A program made the translations under genes and the position numbers. A stretch of DNA of 64,000 nucleotides, taken from assembly GCA_003427395.1 (NCBI GenBank), contig BFEA01000018.1:1055952-1119951 (forward strand), given 5' to 3'. The DNA is from Chara braunii (taxonomy: Eukaryota; Plantae; Charophyceae). Under the pieces are notes generated by a model that was not told where the DNA came from, made no database searches, and saw only the letters and a list, made by a program, of their open reading frames with translations. Positions 23,370-32,214 of this stretch are shown here, one piece after another; positions within the stretch are counted from its first letter, which is position 1; each line of letters begins with the position of its first letter.

Positions 23370-26300
23370 TGACTTTTCCCTGATCCAAGACACAGGGAGC
23401 CCAAACCTCAATGAATAAATTAAGAATAGCCTCCTGGAACGTCAGGGGCCTTGGCGATACTAATGCTAAGTACAAATGGGCAAGGCTCAGATCATGGATA
23501 CACCAGCATGGGGTCCACATTATGATGCTCCAAGAGACTAAACTGAATGAAGATAAAATAGAGGAGGCAAGGTTGAAGTGGCAGGGCCCTCAATTTTGGG
23601 CCCCTGCAGATGGTACCAAGGGCGGCACCGAGATCCTGTTCCACAAAGACTTGGACTTGACAGTCCTAGATGAGTTTTCTGATTCCCTGGGTCGCTGGTC
23701 ATGGGTGTCAGCAAGTATTGAGGGTACAGAATGAACCTTTGTATCCATTTACGCCCCAGTGGATAGACGGAAAAAAATCCAATTTTTTGAAGTCCTACCA
23801 CGGGTGCTCCCTGGAAACAAGAACATGGTACTAGGTGGGGACTGAAACACAATCCTGAACCCTGCCCTGGACTCGACTACAGCAGACCCAATTAGGAGTG
23901 ATTCTCTGGCCTTGGGAGAGTTTGTAGAGAGCATGGGCCTAATTGATCCATTTAGGCAACCGCAACCCCAAACCACCAAGTACCTGGGTATCTAATACAC
24001 CTAGACAGGACCGGACTTATACCAGGTTAAGACTGGATTTTTTTCTGGTCAGAGGAAAAGCAGCAGAATGGGCCATGGAGGTTTCCATGCCCTTCGATTC
24101 TCTCTCGGACCATCGACCTGTTCTGGCGACCTTTGTTCCGGATAAGCATATTATCCGGGGAAGAGGCTATTACAAGCTCAACACGGAGGTTCTTCAGGAT
24201 AAGGGACTGGTGGCTTCAATAAAGAAGTCACTAACAAAATTAAGAGAACTTGGGGATTATTATGAATCGGATATAGACTGGTTGGAGACAGCTAACAAAA
24301 TGGCGGCAAATGACTTAAGTTTTGCCTCCCGGATCAAAGCCTCCAATAGAAGGAAAGAAGAAGAAAACTGAATTGTGAATATAGAATGGGCAGTAAACAA
24401 GCTGAAATGGGAACCAAGCAAAGGGGATCTCTGGTTCTACTACAGGAATCTATGGAAGGATAAATTAGAAAACATTCAGATTGAGAAGGAAAAAGTATGG
24501 GCACAGCGAGCAAAGATAAAATGGCTGGACGTAGGGGACAGAATGATGAAGGAAAATTTCAGCCGTCTCTCCATACGAAAAGGGTCATCGCTTATAGTAG
24601 AATTGGACCATCCCTTTGACTCCTTTGAGCCCAGGGCCAGAGACACTAAAACCATATTGGAATACGCTAGGCTGTATTTCAATAACATCCTGACCTCTTC
24701 CAGACCGGTATGCCCGGATCCGGGGGATGTTGGGTTGCAGGACACGTTATGGCAATCGTTTGAGGCCCGTTTACCCAGTCAGGGGAAACTATATTTAAAC
24801 CGACCCATAACCATCGAAGAATTGAACTGCACCCTGAAATCCGTGCAAAAGGGGAAATGCCCGGGCAGTGACCGGCTACCGGTGGAATATTACACCTGCT
24901 ACTGGGAGATATTGGGGCCTGTGCTAGTTGACATATTCAACCGGGTACTGGGTGGTCAAGATCTGGGGGAGGACATGCGGACGGGTATCATTTCACTGCT
25001 GTAAAAAAAAGGAGACAAGAGAAATATAAGGAACTGACGACCTATCTCTCTCCTAAACACGTCCTACAAATTTCTGGCTAAGGCCCTGGCCAATAGGCTC
25101 AAGCGGTACTTGCCAGGATTAGTAGGGGAGGAGCAAGCAGGGTTTGTCCAAGGAAGGAGTATACTGAATACCATCATGCTCACGATTGAAGCCCTTGAGA
25201 CCATGAAAGAGGACCAGCCGGAAGTGGTTGTTTTGCTTCTAGATATGGAAAAGACCTATGATAGGGTCAATTGGCAATTCGTACTAGACACACTAAAATT
25301 AGCAGGATTTGGGGAACCATTCTGCGTATGGGTCAGAGCCCTTCACACTAAAGGGGTAGGTATGGTCCTAGTCAATGGCGAAATCTCAAGTCCTTTCACG
25401 CTCACACGATCACTTAGACAAGTTTGCCCTCTCGCCCCCATGCTGTTCGTCATACAGATGGAGGTCTTGTTGTCAATGATTAGAAAACACCCAGACATTC
25501 GCGGCCTTCGCCTGCCCAATGGGCAGGAGTGCAAGGCGTCGGCAATGGCCGATGATCTATTCGCCCTATCTACCAACACCAAAGAGTCATTAGGCGCGCT
25601 TAAATGCTGTCTTGATCTCTATTCTAAATTCTCAAAAGCCCTGATTAACTGGCCTAAGTCTACTGCGATTACCTCTGATGGGACTAAATTGTCTGTGGAT
25701 TGGGGTTTGAAATGCTTACCGGTTGGTGAGGTTGAGCGTTTTTTGGGGGTGCAGGTGAGCATACTCGACAGCAAGAAGGCGGCCAACAGTTTGGTAGAAT
25801 AAGCAGTTATCTCCAAGATTGGCAAAGTTGCTACGATTAAAGGGACATCCATTTTTGGACGAGCTTTGTTCCTGAATACCTCTGTCTTCTCTAAGATTTG
25901 GTTCACAGGGTCATTAAGGAGCCTGAAAGCTAAGTCCTACGGAAGGATCAAGTCAGTATCGACGAGGTACCTTTGGAAGGGAACACAGGATGAGGAGGTA
26001 GGGTACACTGCAAAACTGTCTTGGAAAAAGGTAGTGGGGGGAAAGACTGATGGAGGTTTGGGCATTAAGGATCCGGAACTGCAGGTTAATGCGTTATTAG
26101 CCAGATGGGTTGTCAGGCTACTTACCACAACATCCAACCACCCGTGGGTGGAACTCGTTGTGGCAACTCTTATGAGAGAATGGGGGTTAAGTAGAAGGGT
26201 GGATGTATGGGTGGCTATCCTAACGTCCTCAATGGTGAAAGGAAATATCAATTCACCGGTTTGGAAAGACATTCTTCGGGCATGGTCCCACCTCATGCCA

Positions 26301-28092
26301 GTACAACTCAAGGAACCACATACCAAGGAGGAGATCCTGACTCAACATATCTTCGATAATGTGCATATCTGCAATGATTCTGGTGCCCCGTGGTCTGCAG
26401 GGGACGCCACGGGACAGTTTGGCAAAAGTTGGATCCAAAGGGGAGTTTTGAGAATAGCAGACCTATGGAACCCAGATCTCTCACAGTGGAGAGCTGCAGC
26501 TGAACTGAAAACAAAGCTACACCACCTGAGAGCGGTAGAAGAGAGGCTGGAACAAATCTTAACCAATATTCCACACGCTTGGAAGGTGACCCTGCTGGAC
26601 CCCCAACCAGCGTATGAAGGACACTGGGTGGTCCAAGGGGGGTCAACAATTCCCAAGGAGGTGTGGAGAGTCCAGGCGATTCTGGACCAAGATCAGGCTG
26701 CGGTCACATCCTTCTCCATTGAGCCAGAAGAACAAGGTGTGGGCTACAGGCTAAAGGAAATTGAGGAGCAGGTGGTCTCCCTGCANCAGGTCGTATCAAT
26801 AGTAGTCTGCTCCAAGAAGAATACCAGGGACGAANTTCAGCACCATTGCCCTCTCGGCGTGGGACCTGCGAATAGGCTCAAGGCTATTCCATCCCATTGG
26901 GGCTGGAAACTGTTGGAGCCTACAAGAGTTGTCAGCCTAATTGAGTATACCCCCACAATCGGGTATCAGCCCCAAAGCAAGTCCTGGTCCCTCCCGCTAG
27001 GAGTCAGGAATCGCTGGCATATGGAGAATAACGTCAGGTCGCAACAGAAAGGTAATGTCTCCTCCACAGCATTGAGGGGACTGTGGCGTAACCTCAGACG
27101 TATACCATCTGCAAAGATGGGTAGTCTGGCGTGGCTCCAGTCCCATCGGATAGTTCCCACGACAAACTGGCTTGCGTCGAACAGAATGCCAATTGACACG
27201 CAGTGCTGCAGGTGTAAAAAAGACAAGGAAACAGCTACACATCTTTGGTGGGGCTGCATCGAGTCCAAGAGAATTTGGGTCTGGTGGGGCAGACTCTGGA
27301 GAGAAAAGGTGGAGGATCAGGTGCAGTGGGAGGAGAGCTTCGTGGTGGAAGGCATACTGCACAACGCCAAAGAAGTCGGCCCAGGATGGGCTTACGTGGC
27401 CATGGCCTGCAGAGCNGCTATTATGCAGGTCATATGGAAACTCAGGAATGACAGACTTTTCAGGGCTAAATTCAACTCTGACATCAGTATCAAGAACCTG
27501 GTGCTGGAGGGGGTTCGCTCCCTGGTATGGTCGGATTGGAGACGTGCTAGGAGAGCCCTCAACGNAAGAACCGCCAGGGATCACTTCTTTCGAACTTGGG
27601 GGCAGAGAGTTAGATTTCTGAAGTTAAGGCCCAAGGGCATAATGTTGGAACCATGGTTGATGGGGCCCAGGCCTCCATGAGCTGTCCTGGAAGGAGCGCA
27701 CAGGTTACTCCACTGGACTACGCTTGGACTAAGGTATCCACCATTATGCCCTGATCTGATCAGCCTACAACTCTTATGATGTCTCTTAATGGATAACATG
27801 GGTCTGGGGGTGGTTGAACTGCCCAGGCAATAGACTGTTGTTGAGATCTCAGCTCATAGGGGCTGTTTTTTTCTGTGGTTCAAGAGCGTTTTCAGCTCAT
27901 CTCCTGAATTAGTAGACATAAGGGAGTGGCACAACTAGTTTTTAAGGCTAGTCGAACATTCTATTCAGGCGCCCTAGGGTGAAGAGGTCTAATGACTGGT
28001 TGTGTTGGAGGTTTGTTCCAGTTTCATGGGACGCTGGACCCGGTTTCCAGCAGGTGCAGCTCCCCACCAAGAGAATGGAGCAATTGTGAATC

Positions 28093-28121
<29 letters not shown>
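23370..28121 (+). mobile_element. LINE-A: L1/Tx1-type non-LTR retrotransposon, ORF2 pseudogene (23411-27680), ORF1 absent
   Basis: APE endonuclease (SWNVRG, LQETK, RLDFF, SDHRPV), RT (KCPGSD, QAGFVQGR, LDMEKTYD, SLRQVCPLAP, MADDL), Cys-His knuckle (CCRC..ETATHLWWGC), 3' UTR and poly(A) at 28093-28121. Several stops and frameshifts. Confidence 0.95.
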
Positions 28122-28124
<3 letters not shown>

Positions 28125-28457
28125 AAAAATTGAAAAAGAAGAAAAAAGAATGTCTGGCCATGGATGGCCGCTCGTCAACACGTCTGATATGGGAATTTGA
28201 CAGCTGTAAAAAGCATCGGGGACGGTTGGCCCGGCGGTGGCCTGTCGAGGTGGGGAGAGTGCTGGCCGAGGAAAAAGATACGGACATAGAACATCGACTG
28301 TAGCCGCGAGATTCGAATTTCGGATAGGATAGGGCTGCAGCGAGAGCCGATTTGTCGTTTTGGCAATTGCTGAGTGGCACCATAGTGGTTAGTTATTTCC
28401 GTCACTGTCGAATCGCTGTCGGATCGCTGTCGAACTTGAGGGTGCCGACGAGGCGAT

Positions 28458-29414
28458 ATGACGCCACGTCATCATCTGTCGTCTGATCGGGACACAATGG
28501 CAGGTGGGCAAGTGAGAGGGAGCGAGCGCGAGAGGTCGGCCATCTTGTCCGCGCTGGCGCTCGCCTCCGCACTTCCTCACCCATCCTCTTGCTGCGGAAG
28601 CGCGGGAAGCGCCCGGATACGCGCGCGGGAATCAACCGGGGCTGCCATCCCGTCAGATCTGCCGCTCTGTCCGCTGATCCTCCGTCATCTGCCGGCTCAG
28701 CAGCGTCGGCGCGCAGCGGCCTCTTCCGAGCGCCGAGCGGAGACTCCTGCGGCGCACCTCCGCGCGCTTGTTTGCGATCGAGTGGCGGAGTTTCAGTCTG
28801 CACTGGGGCGCGCGTTATCGAATCTTAGGAAGGTACTGCTCTTACCGGCGGCTTTTGGCGCCCAAAACGGCGGCGCGCTGCTTGACAGAAGATGGCTCAT
28901 GAAACTCGGACTACTCAAACCGGACCTCGAAGATGTCGACAACGACGCCGCCGTTGATGTCCTTAACATTCTCAGCTCCAGAGATTCCTCATCACATGCT
29001 TACGATCCGCTTAGATCACACGGCTTCGCCGCAATCATTCCGGGGAATTCGGCGGCGGAATTAGTGGTGACAACAGGGATTTTCAACTTTCTAAATATAT
29101 ATAACACTCTGCTAATTGTGCGGCTCGTACTGACCTGGTTTCCTAATCCTCCTCAAGCCCTCGTCAATCCTCTCAGCACGGTATGCGACCCGTACCTAAA
29201 CCTATTTCGTGGCATTATACCGCCTCTTGGGGGTTCGTTGGACTTTTCGCCGATCCTTGCGTTTCTCACCCTGAACATTTTCACTAGCACTGCTGCGGCA
29301 CTTCCTGCTGAGTTGCCTACTGAAGAAGGCAAGCCTGATAGCGACATTTCAAGAGGGAAGCTGACGTGGCGACAGAAGCAGCAGCTCAAGAAGGGAAGCC
29401 CCATCCGAAACTGA
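28458..29414 (+). CDS. YLMG2: YGGT family YlmG homologue, plastid-type (YLMG2-like), single exon; alternative start at 28497
   Basis: YGGT domain FAAIIPGNSAAELVVTTGIFNFLNIYNTLLIVRLVLTWFPNPPQALVNPLSTVCDPYLNLFRGIIPPLGGSLDFSPILAFL..ALPAELP. The N-terminus is Ala/Arg/Ser-rich, like a transit peptide. Confidence 0.92.
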   Translation: MTPRHHLSSDRDTMAGGQVRGSERERSAILSALALASALPHPSSCCGSAGSARIRARESTGAAIPSDLPLCPLILRHLPAQQRRRAAASSERRAETPAAHLRALVCDRVAEFQSALGRALSNLRKVLLLPAAFGAQNGGALLDRRWLMKLGLLKPDLEDVDNDAAVDVLNILSSRDSSSHAYDPLRSHGFAAIIPGNSAAELVVTTGIFNFLNIYNTLLIVRLVLTWFPNPPQALVNPLSTVCDPYLNLFRGIIPPLGGSLDFSPILAFLTLNIFTSTAAALPAELPTEEGKPDSDISRGKLTWRQKQQLKKGSPIRN

Positions 29415-29438
29415 GTCGTGACCAGTGGTTTAAGTAAA

Positions 29439-29494
<56 letters not shown>

Positions 29495-30322
29495 ANNNNN
29501 NNNNNNNNNNNNNNNNNNNNNNNNNNNNNNNNNNNNNNNNNNNNNNNNNNNNNNNNNNNNNNNNNNNNNNNNNNNNNNNNNNNNNNNNNNNNNNNNNNNN
29601 NNNNNNNNNNNNNNNNNNNNNNNNNNNNNNNNNNNNNNNNNNNNNNNNNNNNNNNNNNNNNNNNNNNNNNNNNNNNNNNNNNNNNNNNNNNNNNNNNNNN
29701 NNNNNNNNNNNNNNNNNNNNNNNNNNNNNNNNNNNNNNNNNNNNNNNNNNNNNNNNNNNNNNNNNNNNNNNNNNNNNNNNNNNNNNNNNNNNNNNNNNNN
29801 NNNNNNNNNNNNNNNNNNNNNNNNNNNNNNNNNNNNNNNNNNNNNNNNNNNNNNNNNNNNNNNNNNNNNNNNNNNNNNNNNNNNNNNNNNNNNNNNNNNN
29901 NNNNNNNNNNNNNNNNNNNNNNNNNNNNNNNNNNNNNNNNNNNNNNNNNNNNNNNNNNNNNNNNNNNNNNNNNNNNNNNNNNNNNNNNNNNNNNNNNNNN
30001 NNNNNNNNNNNNNNNNNNNNNNNNNNNNNNNNNNNNNNNNNNNNNNNNNNNNNNNNNNNNNNNNNNNNNNNNNNNNNNNNNNNNNNNNNNNNNNNNNNNN
30101 NNNNNNNNNNNNNNNNNNNNNNNNNNNNNNNNNNNNNNNNNNNNNNNNNNNNNNNNNNNNNNNNNNNNNNNNNNNNNNNNNNNNNNNNNNNNNNNNNNNN
30201 NNNNNNNNNNNNNNNNNNNNNNNNNNNNNNNNNNNNNNNNNNNNNNNNNNNNNNNNNNNNNNNNNNNNNNNNNNNNNNNNNNNNNNNNNGAGCCGGGTTC
30301 CTGACAGCAGCCTGGTGATAGT

Positions 30323-30400
<78 letters not shown>

Positions 30401-30589
30401 GGAAGGGGTGATGAATGGGAGCAGAGAGGGTTGAAGAGGATGGAGGAGAGCAGAGAGGAGGGAGGAAGTAGAGAGGAGGAGGAGGAGAGAAGGGATATGG
30501 AGGGAGCGCTGGGGAGGCGAAAGTGTAGAGGAAAGGTAGGGTGGAGGCTGTGCAGAATTGAGCCAAGGAAAAGCTGAGAGAAAAGGGAG

Positions 30590-30752
30590 GAGAGGAGGGA
30601 CAGGGGCGGGAAGGAGTGGAGATAGGAGGGACTAGGGCGGGAAGGAGCGGAGATAGGAGGGACTAGGGCTGGAAGGAGCGGAGATAGGAGGGACTAGGGC
30701 TGGAAGGAGCGGAGATAGGAGGGACTAGGGCGGGAAGGAGTGGAGATAGGAG
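30590..30752 (+). repeat. 31-bp tandem repeat (GGAGATAGGAGGGACTAGGGCGGGAAGGAGC) x~5
   Basis: Consecutive units visible. Confidence 0.8.
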
Positions 30753-31167
30753 AGACGAAGAGCGCATAAGAGCGCAGAAGCCAAGTAGAGAAGAGAGTGA
30801 GGTGAAAGGAAAGAGGACCGGAGAGAGAAAAGGAGAGAGGAGAGTCGTGAAGCAGCAGCAGAATCAGAGCAGACAATGCGATGAAGAGGGAGGAGAGAGA
30901 GAGAGGAAGGATCAGAGGGAGGAGAGGCAGGACCAGAGCGAAGAGGGAAAAGGAGAAGTGGAGGACGAATGGAAGGAGGGACGGGCTTAGAAAACAAGAG
31001 AGAACAGGAGAGAAGGGAGCAGCGAATGGAGGGAAACAATGAGAAAAAGGAGTAGATGATGATAAAAGAGAGCGAGAGAAAGGAAAGCTTGGGGAAAGAG
31101 GGGGGTCTCTTCTCCTTCACGTCCATACCTCGTCCTTAGGTTTGGACCCCCATTTCATATTTTTCTA

Positions 31168-31286
31168 TTTTTTTTTTTTTTTTTTTTTAATATGGCTTAT
31201 TTCTGGATTTATGCGTGTCATCCTTGCACAGGGGCCGTGCTAATCTTCTCTATGTCGGTCCTATTCTAATGGATGTCCCGGAGGAC
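31168..31286 (-). pseudogene. U6: U6 snRNA full-length divergent copy with poly(A) tail (probable retropseudogene)
   Basis: Minus strand reads GTCCTCCGGGACATCCATTAGAATAGGACCGACATAGAGAAGATTAGCACGGCCCCTGTGCAAGGATGACACGCATAAATCCAGAAAT.., colinear with plant U6. The ACAGAGA box reads ATAGAGA, and A21 replaces the oligo-T terminator. Confidence 0.88.
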
Positions 31287-31334
31287 ATGTGCGTGGGTGT
31301 TGGCATGTTTTCTGTAGACAACTCCAAAAAACGC

Positions 31335-31387
31335 ATGAATGTGCCAGACTGTTTCGTCGGACTTTCACCGACTCATCAGGGAGGGTT
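31335..31387 (-). ncRNA. Hammerhead ribozyme core, incomplete (stem I partner and cleavage site degenerate)
   Basis: Minus strand reads CTGATGA-GTCGG-tgaaagt-CCGAC-GAAAC with a perfect stem II. No proper UH followed by a stem I complement. Confidence 0.6.
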
Positions 31388-31473
<86 letters not shown>

Positions 31474-31474
31474 N

Positions 31475-31553
<79 letters not shown>

Positions 31554-31755
31554 GATGCCTATACAGTCTAATTGCTTTTCCCCGTGCGTCTGTGTTGTAA
31601 CAGTCGTTGATTTGTTATAAACCCCCTTTTTCCTTTGCTTTTTAAACCCTTATCTTGAGGGGTCAAGGACAAAACCAAGCCCAATAGCGTTTTTTTTTGT
31701 CCAATCGAGTTTCTAATATCCTGAGGCAATCCGCGTCCCAGTGTACGAGGTGTCA

Positions 31756-32103
31756 GGGGCCTCGCGCAGTTGGTAAGGCACACAAGTGGCATTCAGGAGG
31801 TCATGGGTTCAATCTCCATTTGCCTCGGGCACCTCCCTGGGCAGACTCGGCGTCCGCCATCGAGAGGTAGCCGGTTTGGGGCCCCCGGTCGGCATTCAGG
31901 ACAGACTGCTGATATTCGTAGGGGGAGGGGACTGGAAGGGAGGTGCAGAGATTGGTCCAGATGGCATGGTCTCTGACTCTACTGGCTGACCTCTCTGGCT
32001 GGTATCGCCCACCTGCTGTAGCAGGTAGCAGGTGTCCCACCTGCTTGTGGGTGCAGCCCCTGCATGTTCCTTTTTGGAGGCATGGGTTTGTGCTCCACCG
32101 TAC
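31756..32103 (+). mobile_element. tRNA(Ala)-derived SINE-like element (head 31756-31826)
   Basis: Head GGGGCCTCGCGCAGTTGGTAAGGCACACAAGTGGCATTCAGGAGGTCATGGGTTCAATCTCCATTTGCCTC. The body is homologous to 22455-22877. Confidence 0.72.
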
Positions 32104-32214
32104 CTGGCTCCCCACTTTTCGCTCTTTTCAGTCTCCACCGCATTTGCCTCACGTTTTGCTTTTCAGTGCGAGAGAAGCCACATCAGATTGGTGGAAAGCG
32201 CCCATGGGGAAATC

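Noticed and set aside
31756-31826. Functional tRNA-Ala gene (also 21518 and 22878)
   Set aside because: The anticodon and acceptor stems do not pair, there is no oligo-T terminator, and a shared downstream body indicates a SINE.
32190-32214. TSDs for LINE-A and LINE-B
   Set aside because: No matching direct repeat was found at their apparent 5' ends, so those boundaries remain approximate.
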